Shown one piece after another: positions 37,003 through 46,208 of a stretch of DNA of 64,000 nucleotides. Location of the stretch: positions 96,001 through 160,000 of the forward strand of contig JANPLN010000015.1 in assembly GCA_031426555.1 (NCBI GenBank), read 5' to 3'. The translations under genes were made by a program, and so were the position numbers. Origin of the DNA: Bdellovibrionales bacterium. Its GTDB lineage: Bacteria; Bdellovibrionota; Bdellovibrionia; Bdellovibrionales; JAGQZY01. The notes under the pieces are model-generated. The model was given only the letters and a program-made list of their open reading frames with translations. It searched no databases and was not told the DNA's origin. Positions within the stretch are counted from its first letter, which is position 1. The number at the start of each line of letters is the position of its first letter.

Positions 37003-39315
37003 GTGAATAAAATCGTAATTGTTATTCTTTTGGTTATATTGCAAAACACGGCCCAGGCGCGACGTTGCGACTCGGTATTTTTAAAATCGACCTTGTCGCA
37101 ATTGGAACTGTTGTCTCAACGGGAGAAGTTAGCGGCAGCAGGAGTTGATTTTTTTGCAAACTTTTTGCGGATTCCAACGAACACGGAGTTGGCAAAATAC
37201 TCTGACTTTAAGGTTAAGGCGTCGCTGGTCGATGAAGTCATTGGCGACCGGCACCTTTTTTGGGAAAATGCTTTTGCGCAGAATCCAAAAAAACTCGAAG
37301 ATGCTCGGATGCTGATGATGGTGGCCTACCATGATTTTATCAAAGGCGCCAAAAGCCAAGGAGTTACGCCACGTTCTGCGACATCCGAAGAATTCTTTGC
37401 GCAGTTAATGAATACTTACCGCTATCTCGACAAAGAAAGCAGTCGCGGTGAATTTAAATGGAAGCATGTTCAGCGTATTTTAGGCGAACGAGTGCGACAG
37501 GCCGGCGAAATTCCTTACCCAATCCTATTTGAAGGCGTGGAAGGCCTGCGCCGAGCCACACAGGAAAAGTTTCCCAATTCGTTCAAGGGGATTCGCGATG
37601 CAAGATTTGGAATCGCTTACAACAAAGAAACTTTAAAGCTCATCGTAAACAAGTACCGGGGAGTCATTGCTGTTTCGATTTTAGGCGGAGTTCCCTGGGA
37701 TATTGGGCGTTTGCAGTTTGAATCTTTAAAGTTGTTAGCAAAAGCAAGAAATCTTTTGATTGTGGTCAAAGAGGTGAATGGCGAAACAGATTTGATCCCA
37801 CGTGAAATTTTGGATTATGAACACACAAGAATACTAACCAACACTGTGGATCTGGGAGATGAACTCAGAATTTTAGGTGGATTGGTGGTGATACCCACAA
37901 ATCCAAACCCTCTTACCGGTCTACAAGATGGCAGGCAGTCGCGGGTGCGCGGTCAAACGCAAATCGTTTTTGGTACGCAAAGAACCATGAAAACCGTCGC
38001 CACCGAACTCAATCATATCTCGTCGCACGATATTTGGTCCACTGGCACGCTCAACGATCCAGAGCTTCCGTATGCAAACTACCGATCAAGTCGGGTGACT
38101 ACGCTCGCCAGTGCGCGCTTAATTAATTCAGTGGTGATCGCCGAAAAGTCCGATGCGCAATCGGGCCCTAACAACCGAGGCGCTCCTGGCCGCTGGCACG
38201 TTCGTGCTGCGGATTTTGAAAACGCTACATCGGACGCCAAGTATGGAACGTGGGACGCCGGTACGGCTGATAATTTTATGTTTTATCCAGCAGATGGTTC
38301 GCAACCCAGACCGATTCCTGCTGTGGCTGTCGTGCCTGGCGATTACCATTCTGGTTTTGAGGATCCGCGTTTTCTGCGCGCTATTAAAGAGCAAATTCTC
38401 GACGAGTCTCGCCGTGCGGGACGCCCTGTAGAATTTATGCGCTATCACGACTTCTACGATATTGGATCAGTAAGTCCTTACGACTCTCCAAGTTCTAAGG
38501 CGATTAAACATCTTATGGGTGAGCTCGATTTACAACATGAAATCAACCGAGGCCGTTCCGACTTAAATTCTCTCCTTGTGTCAGAGCCGCAAATGATCGC
38601 GATCCTTTCAGAGGCCGACAATCACCACATTTGGTTAAGCAGAATGTTTAACGACATGAACGCACTCAACGATCCTATCAATGGGCCGTTTCTTGCAAAG
38701 CTTCGCGAGATGCACCTTCAAGGATTTGGTCCTTTGGATTACCTTCTTCGGCGGCAAAAAGATTTTGATGAAGCCACGCCCGAAATGAATATGCGCATGC
38801 GTTTGCTGGGAAGAAACGTTTATGTGGAAAATCCCGATCGAGTGAGAGTTCTTCGGGAGGGAGAGTCCCTGTTTGTTGGCCCCGTGGACCGCGCAGTGAA
38901 CATCGCTCCCCATGGTCACAAAATCGCAGGCGGGGCGCGAGGCGGCGCCTCGTTAGTTCCTCATGCAAGTGCTAACTCGCGCGTGATTGTCGGGCACACT
39001 CACACAGCAGCTATTTGGGGGAATGCTTACAATGTGGCAATGTCGGTGCGGTTGCGAAGTCAGCCCTATGCTCTTGGTGGCTACAGCGCACAAAAAAATT
39101 CAGTGGCGGTGGTTTACTTAAACGGTGCGATTCAACTGTTCAACTTTGATCCGTTCATTGGTCGCTTAACGCCCGATCTCTCGGCTCCCACATTACCTGG
39201 CCGAAGTTTTTTTACGTCCGAACCGTTTGTGATACCCGATCCGAACGATCGCATTATCGACTCTGGAGCCACAGCCACCACACTTACAAATTACAACTCA
39301 AAGTCGGTGCGATAA
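37003..39315 (+). CDS. Secreted phage-T5-A1-like metallophosphoesterase (putative nuclease)
   Basis: Signal peptide; calcineurin-like motifs GDYHSG, HDFYD, DNHH, HGH, GHTH; IPT.PNPLTG, STG, WHVR and VY.NG..Q segments resembling the A1 family as I recall it. Confidence 0.65.
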   Translation: MNKIVIVILLVILQNTAQARRCDSVFLKSTLSQLELLSQREKLAAAGVDFFANFLRIPTNTELAKYSDFKVKASLVDEVIGDRHLFWENAFAQNPKKLEDARMLMMVAYHDFIKGAKSQGVTPRSATSEEFFAQLMNTYRYLDKESSRGEFKWKHVQRILGERVRQAGEIPYPILFEGVEGLRRATQEKFPNSFKGIRDARFGIAYNKETLKLIVNKYRGVIAVSILGGVPWDIGRLQFESLKLLAKARNLLIVVKEVNGETDLIPREILDYEHTRILTNTVDLGDELRILGGLVVIPTNPNPLTGLQDGRQSRVRGQTQIVFGTQRTMKTVATELNHISSHDIWSTGTLNDPELPYANYRSSRVTTLASARLINSVVIAEKSDAQSGPNNRGAPGRWHVRAADFENATSDAKYGTWDAGTADNFMFYPADGSQPRPIPAVAVVPGDYHSGFEDPRFLRAIKEQILDESRRAGRPVEFMRYHDFYDIGSVSPYDSPSSKAIKHLMGELDLQHEINRGRSDLNSLLVSEPQMIAILSEADNHHIWLSRMFNDMNALNDPINGPFLAKLREMHLQGFGPLDYLLRRQKDFDEATPEMNMRMRLLGRNVYVENPDRVRVLREGESLFVGPVDRAVNIAPHGHKIAGGARGGASLVPHASANSRVIVGHTHTAAIWGNAYNVAMSVRLRSQPYALGGYSAQKNSVAVVYLNGAIQLFNFDPFIGRLTPDLSAPTLPGRSFFTSEPFVIPDPNDRIIDSGATATTLTNYNSKSVR

Positions 39316-39408
39316 AACCACGCTGACGAACCGACGGGGTGCTTTGCACGAAAATCTCAATGGGTACATTCGATCAACGGATCGTGGTCGCGAAATTTGT
39401 TTCCATAT

Positions 39409-39438
39409 TAAGTAGTTTAGTGTATGTTAAACTACTTA
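39409..39438. promoter_or_regulatory. Perfect 11-bp inverted repeat TAAGTAGTTTA-N8-TAAACTACTTA, candidate operator
   Basis: Arms at 39409-19 and 39428-38, 20 bp upstream of the GbsR-like regulator. Confidence 0.75.
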
Positions 39439-39458
39439 TTTAAGCAAGGAGTCCCGCC

Positions 39459-40010
39459 ATGGCCAAAAAAAAGTCGCCACCTATTAAAACCGGTAAAAAG
39501 CTTCCGAAAGACCTTATCCAGCTTGAAAAAGTAATTGGTCAATTTATGGAGTACTGGGGCTTTAAAAGCATCCACGGGCGTATCTGGGCCCACCTCTACA
39601 CTTCAAAGATGCCACTGGACTCCTTAGATTTGATGGCAAGGTTGCGCGTATCAAAGGGACTGATGAGTCTCGCCATGCGTGAACTGGTTGAGTATGACGT
39701 TATAAAAGTGGATCATGTCGGCCGCCATGGAAGCGCATTTTATGTTCCAAATCCAGATATTCTAAAAGTGATCACGGGCGTTCTGCGCATTCGCGAAATG
39801 AAAATGATTGCCCAAGCGCAAGAAGCTTGCGAAGCCTTGCAAAAATTAAAAGCCCACGACCTCGAAAGCGCGGGTCTTGAGCAGCAAAAAATCCAGTCCG
39901 TTCTTGATTTAACGGTTTCGGCTAAATTTTTACTCGATGCCTTTCTCATTCAAGAAGGCGAAGGACCATCCCTCTCCATGTTTAACTCCGTCATCTCGGG
40001 CCCGCACTAA
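39459..40010 (+). CDS. GbsR/MarR-family transcriptional regulator
   Basis: G.F..YWGF..IHGRIW..LY....P and L.VSK...S...REL winged HTH. Confidence 0.8.
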   Translation: MAKKKSPPIKTGKKLPKDLIQLEKVIGQFMEYWGFKSIHGRIWAHLYTSKMPLDSLDLMARLRVSKGLMSLAMRELVEYDVIKVDHVGRHGSAFYVPNPDILKVITGVLRIREMKMIAQAQEACEALQKLKAHDLESAGLEQQKIQSVLDLTVSAKFLLDAFLIQEGEGPSLSMFNSVISGPH

Positions 40011-41285
40011 ATGGCGGAACGAAGTTTAATTTGGTTTACCAAAGATTTACGCACAATAGACAACGAGTATCTGAACTGGCTCGATAAATCGCAGAGTGCC
40101 GCCATCGCCCTGGTATTCAGCCCCCATGGCCTCTCCGTTTTCCAGCAGGAATTTTTTCGTCAATCGGTCGTCGATTTACAAAATAACCTGGCATTAAAAA
40201 ATATGAAGTTGTTTTGCATACAAGGTTCACCCGAACAGGAAATTATAAAATGGGTGCAAGAAAACTCTATCCAGTTTGTTTTCGCCAGCAGTACCTACAA
40301 CACTCGAGACCAACAGACCATCGACGCCGTGGCAACGGCACTTAAGGCAAATACAGCAGCCCACTTGAAAACCTTTGATCAAAGCACTCTGTTGCATGCA
40401 GAAGACATTCGATTTGTTTTAAATCGGCTACCGCCAACCTTTACGCCTTTTCGTAAGCTTGTTGAGGAAGCGTGGACTGTGCGCGACGCAGCGACCACCG
40501 ATCTAGCAAATCTAAAAAGTTTTGAGCCAAGCATTCCCCTAGGCACGCAGCTTGTGGATCTCACAAACATGGATGGGGCCGCAAACCTTCCATACTCTTT
40601 CGCGGGAGGAGAAACCGCTGCTTGGCAAAGACTCAAAGAGTTTTTGTGGGAGACTCGAAGTATAGATAACTACAAAGACAATCGCAATGGCATGATCGAC
40701 AAGAATGATTCCTCAAAATTTTCTCCCTGGCTTGCGAACGGCTGCATCTCTGCTCGCAGCATTTATCATGAAATCAAGGCCTACGAGGCAACCAACGCCG
40801 CGAATGATTCCACTTACTGGCTAATCTTTGAACTTCTTTGGAGAGATTTTTTTAAATTTCATTCGTTAAAAATCGGCGAGCAACTTTTTAATATCGATGG
40901 GTTTTTAAAAAGAGAAAAATTCTGGAACGATGACGAAGACGTTTTTTTGCGTTGGCAAAGAGGGCAAACCGGAGAAGATTTCGTCGATGCGAATATGCGG
41001 GAGCTAGTGCAGACAGGTTGGATGTCCAACCGCGGCCGTCAAAATGTGGCCAGTTACTTTGCAAAACAGCTAAGACTCAACTGGACAAGGGGCGCCGAGT
41101 TCTTCGAAAAACATCTTCTCGACTACGACATCGAGAGTAATTGGGGAAACTGGCAGTATCTCTCGGGAGTCGGCACAGATCCCCGGGACCGAGATTTTAA
41201 CATTCAACGGCAAGCGGAACATTATGATCCTGATTTTAGATACCGAAACAAGTGGCTAGGAACGTCGTCTGCGAGCGGTCAATGA
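40011..41285 (+). CDS. Cryptochrome DASH-like photolyase family protein
   Basis: WF..DLR..DN, GGET.A..RL, YK..RNG, S.KFSPWLA.GCIS, ELLWRDFF, MSNRGRQNVAS and GVG.DPR motifs. Confidence 0.9.
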   Translation: MAERSLIWFTKDLRTIDNEYLNWLDKSQSAAIALVFSPHGLSVFQQEFFRQSVVDLQNNLALKNMKLFCIQGSPEQEIIKWVQENSIQFVFASSTYNTRDQQTIDAVATALKANTAAHLKTFDQSTLLHAEDIRFVLNRLPPTFTPFRKLVEEAWTVRDAATTDLANLKSFEPSIPLGTQLVDLTNMDGAANLPYSFAGGETAAWQRLKEFLWETRSIDNYKDNRNGMIDKNDSSKFSPWLANGCISARSIYHEIKAYEATNAANDSTYWLIFELLWRDFFKFHSLKIGEQLFNIDGFLKREKFWNDDEDVFLRWQRGQTGEDFVDANMRELVQTGWMSNRGRQNVASYFAKQLRLNWTRGAEFFEKHLLDYDIESNWGNWQYLSGVGTDPRDRDFNIQRQAEHYDPDFRYRNKWLGTSSASGQ

Positions 41286-41665
41286 ATCAAAAATCCATAA
41301 GCCAAACCACAAAAATTTGCGAACACTGCGGGAGAGTCATCGAATACCGAAAAAAATGGGCTTTAAACTGGGAGCAGATAAAGTACTGCGGCGAAAAATG
41401 CCGGCGCTCCAAAAACAGTCCTGATTTTGAAAATGATTTACTACAACTTTTAAAAAAACGCGGGGCCGATAAAACCATTTGCCCGTCCGAAATTCTTTCC
41501 GAGGACTTAAAACAAGACAAGGCTGTGATGGAGCAGGTTCGACAAGCGGCCCGTCGCTTGGTCGCTAAAGGCGACATTGAAATCACACAAAAAGGACACG
41601 TCGTGGATCCGTCCACGGCAAAGGGTCCTATTCGATTAAAACTTAAAAGAGGAGGTTCACTATGA
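41282..41665 (+). CDS. DUF2256-DUF3253 fusion protein
   Basis: KIC..CGR...RKKW...W..IKYC...CR fused to RG..KTICPSE...VR.AARRL...G...ITQKG...GPIRL. Confidence 0.85.
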   Translation: MNQKSISQTTKICEHCGRVIEYRKKWALNWEQIKYCGEKCRRSKNSPDFENDLLQLLKKRGADKTICPSEILSEDLKQDKAVMEQVRQAARRLVAKGDIEITQKGHVVDPSTAKGPIRLKLKRGGSL

Positions 41666-42102
41666 ATCAATATCCAATGGCATTTTCTGTTAGCTCACAA
41701 AGTCCTTCGGGAATTCAAACAGCTTGGACAACCAAAGCTGAAAAATTCCCCACGCAAATTCCCATGGCCATTCCCCCAGAGTTTGAGGGCCCAGGCACGG
41801 GCTTAAGCCCCGAAGATCTTTACGCCATGGCACTGCAAAACTGTTTTATCGCCACCTTTAAAGTGTTCGCAGAAAAATCACGACTGCTGTTTAAAGACAT
41901 TCACTTGGATTCTACTCTCGAGGTAGACCGCGACGAAAAGGGACGTCCTTGGATGGCGCGGATTCATTTAAAAGTAAAACTCAGCGGAGCGGCGCAGGTG
42001 GAAAACGCACGGCGAATTTTAGACCGCACCTCCCAGAGCTGCATGATTTTAAACTCGGTGAATTCCGTGAAGACTTTTGAGTTCGATGTTACAGAGGGAT
42101 AG
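41662..42102 (+). CDS. OsmC/Ohr family protein
   Basis: PPEF.G.G...SPEDL......C and C.I.NS redox Cys pair. Confidence 0.88.
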   Translation: MNQYPMAFSVSSQSPSGIQTAWTTKAEKFPTQIPMAIPPEFEGPGTGLSPEDLYAMALQNCFIATFKVFAEKSRLLFKDIHLDSTLEVDRDEKGRPWMARIHLKVKLSGAAQVENARRILDRTSQSCMILNSVNSVKTFEFDVTEG

Positions 42103-43027
42103 GGATTGCTTCGGCCGAGCTGACGGCTCCGCGAAGACTTGCACCACCAAAGGCATCACCCAATAAAAAGATATTTTTCGAAGGCCCCACGACCGTGTAG
42201 GGTGTTGAGTGGTGCGTGATAGGGTGACTAAAACGCCATTTTTTAATCTGTTGCTTTTTGATGGTAAACGAAGAGTCGATTGTTTTTAAATGGCCTGAAA
42301 ACGCATCGGCGATTTTTTGTAAATTCTCAACGTCTGTGTCTGCGAAATGTTTTTGGCTCCAGGCTGGTTGCATGGCCACGGTGTAAGCCAGACAAAGCGA
42401 AACGTTTTTCGACAACTGATTGCTGATCGAAAAAATATCCCCATTTATATTTTGCAGATATTTTATTTTTTCCAGCAACCCCGAAGTGCTCGTGACTTCA
42501 AAAAGTCCAACCAGAGCGCTAGCGTAATTAATGGATTCTAACTCCTTTGGGTACTGAATTTGTGAGGCACGAAGGATGTCTAAAGTCTGCGGCAGTGGAG
42601 AGCTGACAAAGATGTGCTTACTTTTGAAAATTCGGCCCGACTCGCAACGCACTTCATTTGTTTTCGAGATAGAAATCACCTTTTGCTCTAAAACGATATT
42701 TAGATTTTGAGCCAGGTGTTTTGCCAAACGAGTCATCCCGCCATCTGCGCATTTAAAAATCGAGTTCTCAACTTGAAACCAGGTTTTGGCAAGTTTTTCC
42801 CGACTCCAGATATGGTCGATCTCCCAGGCGGCTTGATTTGAGACTTTGTAAAATTGAGCCCCGTGATCATAGGTGGCAGAGCCGTCTCTGCGGGTGGCAA
42901 TCCTTCCACCAACGCCTTTGGACTTTTCTAAGATCAATACGGTCAAGCCCGCGGATTCCAGTCGGCGAGCTAAAACCAGGCCAGAAATTCCGGCTCCTAC
43001 AATCAGACAATCTACTTCGCGTTCCAT
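42089..43027 (-). CDS. Renalase-like NAD(P)/FAD-dependent oxidoreductase
   Basis: IVGAGISGL, EKS.GVGGR.ATRR, DHGAQF, W.FS.P and GD motifs. Confidence 0.88.
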   Translation of the reverse strand: MEREVDCLIVGAGISGLVLARRLESAGLTVLILEKSKGVGGRIATRRDGSATYDHGAQFYKVSNQAAWEIDHIWSREKLAKTWFQVENSIFKCADGGMTRLAKHLAQNLNIVLEQKVISISKTNEVRCESGRIFKSKHIFVSSPLPQTLDILRASQIQYPKELESINYASALVGLFEVTSTSGLLEKIKYLQNINGDIFSISNQLSKNVSLCLAYTVAMQPAWSQKHFADTDVENLQKIADAFSGHLKTIDSSFTIKKQQIKKWRFSHPITHHSTPYTVVGPSKNIFLLGDAFGGASLRGAVSSAEAIPIPL

Positions 43028-43042
43028 AATCTCCACTATTCA

Positions 43043-43840
43043 ATGAGTTTAATAGATGGTAATCTTTTAAGCAAGATGGATCCAATAAAGCAAAAATCCT
43101 TGTTTCGCAAAATCGCCCTCACTCTCTGGAATAAGCACGGAGATCCGTCGGTCTACAGTTTAGTAGAGCTCGATGTGACTCATTTAAAAAGCAAAGCACA
43201 GTTGCTTTCCATGGTGGTGAAATCTCTCGGCGAGACTATGAGCAGAAACAAAGAGCTTTCATCCATTATCAAGTGGGGCGGGATCGTTCAACGTCCCGAT
43301 AAAACAATTTCGGTAATGGTGAATATTCCAGGCCTCAAAATGGACGATTTATCGGCTCTTAATATCGAAGACACTCATTTAGTCTCCCTTGAACAACTGC
43401 AAAGTAAAATTGAAAGCAAAGCGATTTCCGTGCGAGAATACCGAGACCCGCATCTCGGACCCATGTTGAATCTCGTTCGCTATATACCGAGAATACTTTT
43501 AAAGTTTTTTTTAAAACTTTATGAGTTCTCGATCTACGAACTGGGCTTTCGCTTCGGTTTAAGATTTCTGCCCTTTAAACCCTTTGGCTCCATCATCGTC
43601 TCCAATGTGGGATCTTTAGGAATCAAAAATGCACTTTTACCGTTAGTGCCCATGGCGCGGGCTGTTTTGATGGTGTCGGTTGGTAAAATTTCAAAAGAAC
43701 CTCGCGTCGTGGACGACACTGTTTGTGTTCGCGAGGTGGTGCAAATCGGTGTCACCTTTGATCACAGATTTTTCGATGGCTCCCATGCTGCTAAAATGCT
43801 GGGCGATTTCGAAACCTGTTTCTATTCACTGGCCAAATAA
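43043..43840 (+). CDS. Stand-alone 2-oxo-acid dehydrogenase E2 acyltransferase catalytic domain protein
   Basis: VSNVGSLG and TFDHRFFDG motifs; no lipoyl domain; start may be 43076. Confidence 0.8.
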   Translation: MSLIDGNLLSKMDPIKQKSLFRKIALTLWNKHGDPSVYSLVELDVTHLKSKAQLLSMVVKSLGETMSRNKELSSIIKWGGIVQRPDKTISVMVNIPGLKMDDLSALNIEDTHLVSLEQLQSKIESKAISVREYRDPHLGPMLNLVRYIPRILLKFFLKLYEFSIYELGFRFGLRFLPFKPFGSIIVSNVGSLGIKNALLPLVPMARAVLMVSVGKISKEPRVVDDTVCVREVVQIGVTFDHRFFDGSHAAKMLGDFETCFYSLAK

Positions 43841-43843
43841 ATT

Positions 43844-45340
43844 TTAAGCATTTTCGGTGATGCGCTTTTTAAGCTCTTTAGCAGCCGCATAGATTTTCTT
43901 TTTTCGATCCGCGGGCATTTTTTCGACGGTTCTTGCCATCATGGAGAGGCGGGGATTTTTTAAGAAAAACGTTTTGTGCTTTTCGATAAAGCCCCAATAC
44001 AAACCATCCACGGCGTCTTGCCAGTCCCCGGTTTTGTAGCCACCCATTTTGCGATAGTAGTTAGAGCCGCAAAAATAAGGCTTCGTGGCAAAAATCCCAC
44101 CGTCGCTAAATAGGGCCATGCCATAGACATTGGGGCCCATCACCCAGTCCGAAGAATCAATAAACATTTCCATAAACCAACGATGAGCTTCGTGCGGGTG
44201 AATTTCGAGCAGAAGCATCAATGAGCCCACTACCATGAGGCGTTCAATGTGGTGAGCGTAGCCCAGACGAACTGTTTTTTTAATCACATGATCCAGTGGG
44301 GGAATTCCGGTTTCGCCGTTATACCAGTGCGGAGTTAGCTTTTGCGTATGATTCCAAAAGTTTGCGGCGTCCTGCTGCTCGCTAAAGTTTTGATAAATTC
44401 CACGGATAAATTCTCGCCAACCCACCACTTGGCGGATAAAACCCTCCGCAGAGTTGAGCGGAATTTTTTCGGCACTGATTGCTTTGATCGCCTCGTTCAC
44501 CACTTCGCGAGGAGTGAGCAAGCCCGTATTCAGGTAGGGTGTTAGAACGGAGTGATTTACAAAATCAAATTTTTCGGTCATGGCGTCCTCAAAGGGACCA
44601 AAATCTTTAAAGCGCTCTTTGATAAACTTTTTAAGCCAAACCTTAGCGTCGCTGCGCCCAGTGGGAAGCCAGTAGTTTTTCGACGAACCCGGGTGTTTAG
44701 CAAAAGTTTTCTCCACCAGCGCCATGACCTCTTTTTCGATGGCATCGGCTGTGTACTCAACAAGGGGACTTTCGGTGTAAGTTTTTGGCAGCGGCTTTCG
44801 ATTGTCTTCGTCGAAACTCCATTTGCCACCCACAGGAGTGCCATCTTGGTTAAGCAAAATCTTAAATTTTTTGCGCTGACCTTCGTAAAACGACTTCATA
44901 AAAGGCCGTTTGGTTTTTGCGAGGTAGGCTTCGAAATCGGCGCGCGAAGTTAAAAACATCAACGAAGGCAAGGCATTCGCTTCGACGCCCACGTCTTTAC
45001 AAATTTTAAAAATACGTTTTTCAAAAAATTTATCTTCGATTTCGTAAAAACTGAGCTGCTTGATTTTATTTTTTTGCAAAAAATGGGTCAAGGACTCATC
45101 AAAATTTTTAAATTTTGTAGTACCCAACTTTTCGTAATGAACTTTTAGGCTCAGATCTGTGACTTCTTCAGCATACTTTCGCATCGCCGCCAAAAAAAAT
45201 ATAATTTTATGTTTGTGATAGGTAAAATGTGTGCACAGTTCATTATCTTCGCGCATGTACACAAATGCTTTTTTATCCAGATGGGAAAGGGCCGTTTTTG
45301 GCTCAAAGAGCTGGTTGCCTAAAACAAGTTGCGCTTTCAT
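43844..45340 (-). CDS. Bacterial (6-4) photolyase-like protein (PhrB/CryB family), lacking Fe-S cysteines
   Basis: LGNQLF, HK.K......AMR, P.GGKWSFD..NRK, FGPFEDAM, EGFIRQ..GWREF, YAHHIERLM, PNVYGM..F.DGG...TKPY. Confidence 0.88.
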   Translation of the reverse strand: MKAQLVLGNQLFEPKTALSHLDKKAFVYMREDNELCTHFTYHKHKIIFFLAAMRKYAEEVTDLSLKVHYEKLGTTKFKNFDESLTHFLQKNKIKQLSFYEIEDKFFEKRIFKICKDVGVEANALPSLMFLTSRADFEAYLAKTKRPFMKSFYEGQRKKFKILLNQDGTPVGGKWSFDEDNRKPLPKTYTESPLVEYTADAIEKEVMALVEKTFAKHPGSSKNYWLPTGRSDAKVWLKKFIKERFKDFGPFEDAMTEKFDFVNHSVLTPYLNTGLLTPREVVNEAIKAISAEKIPLNSAEGFIRQVVGWREFIRGIYQNFSEQQDAANFWNHTQKLTPHWYNGETGIPPLDHVIKKTVRLGYAHHIERLMVVGSLMLLLEIHPHEAHRWFMEMFIDSSDWVMGPNVYGMALFSDGGIFATKPYFCGSNYYRKMGGYKTGDWQDAVDGLYWGFIEKHKTFFLKNPRLSMMARTVEKMPADRKKKIYAAAKELKKRITENA

Positions 45341-45765
45341 GCGCGGCATCCGACCACAAGCCAATAACTTGTGAGGCCTACTTTTGCGGTCCACAAAATA
45401 GTTCTCGGCCAATTTGTTGTTACGAGCTTTTGGATCGCCACGGGATTAAATCCAGCCGCCAGCTGATTGTGCAAAGGCACGCTTACAAAAAATGTAAAAA
45501 ACCAAAGCAGCGCAATGATTCCCAGGTTGAGCAAACTAAAGTCGGTTATTTTATTGTTCACCAGCCATAATCCAGCGAGCAGCTCCAAGACCATGGCAGG
45601 TCCGGCAATCAAACCCATCAATGAGGAGTGGCGCTGGTGAGCTTCGACGAACTGCGCGGGATTTATATAGGCAAAACTTGGGTAGTGAATCAATTGGATC
45701 ACCCAAATCACTCCGCACATATAGGTCGCGCAAATTTGACTCAAGATGAGCGGCCATGAATTCAT
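45337..45765 (-). CDS. Four-TM hypothetical membrane protein
   Basis: G.IW..Q..HYP.F, SVPLH..L and NW.RT..W pattern. Confidence 0.7.
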   Translation of the reverse strand: MNSWPLILSQICATYMCGVIWVIQLIHYPSFAYINPAQFVEAHQRHSSLMGLIAGPAMVLELLAGLWLVNNKITDFSLLNLGIIALLWFFTFFVSVPLHNQLAAGFNPVAIQKLVTTNWPRTILWTAKVGLTSYWLVVGCRA

Positions 45766-46154
45766 TTTTTTTCCTTAATTTCGCAGAACGGGCTGGTTTC
45801 ACAGGACCGCCGAGGAAGATACGGACGGATTTTGACAAACAAAGCATAGTTGAGCTGGAGAAATTTGTTAACCACGCTGTTTTTAGCTAAACGCGACAGC
45901 CAATTGAGTTTATCGAGGCGCGACCAAATCAGTATAAACGCATCCACGCCAATGTGTAATTTGCCGTCGCTGTCTTTGGCGTGCAGTTCGATGTTCACTT
46001 TTACCGGATCTAACTTTTCTTTTTTGGCATCAAAGTCTGCGCCAGCAATGTCGACAAAGTTAATATTTTCACTTCCACGCATTTTTTTGTACTGATTGAT
46101 CTCGGCTGAGCAAACAACGCAGAGTCCGTCGAAATAAAGAGTAATGGGTTTCAT
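45762..46154 (-). CDS. DUF393/DCC-family thiol-disulfide oxidoreductase
   Basis: YFDGLCVVC (DxxCxxC) and G.DAF...W motifs. Confidence 0.88.
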   Translation of the reverse strand: MKPITLYFDGLCVVCSAEINQYKKMRGSENINFVDIAGADFDAKKEKLDPVKVNIELHAKDSDGKLHIGVDAFILIWSRLDKLNWLSRLAKNSVVNKFLQLNYALFVKIRPYLPRRSCETSPFCEIKEKK

Positions 46155-46208
46155 TTTGGCCTGCTTCCGTTATTGTTTACAATACAGTAAACTTTTACAA
46201 AAAGCAAA

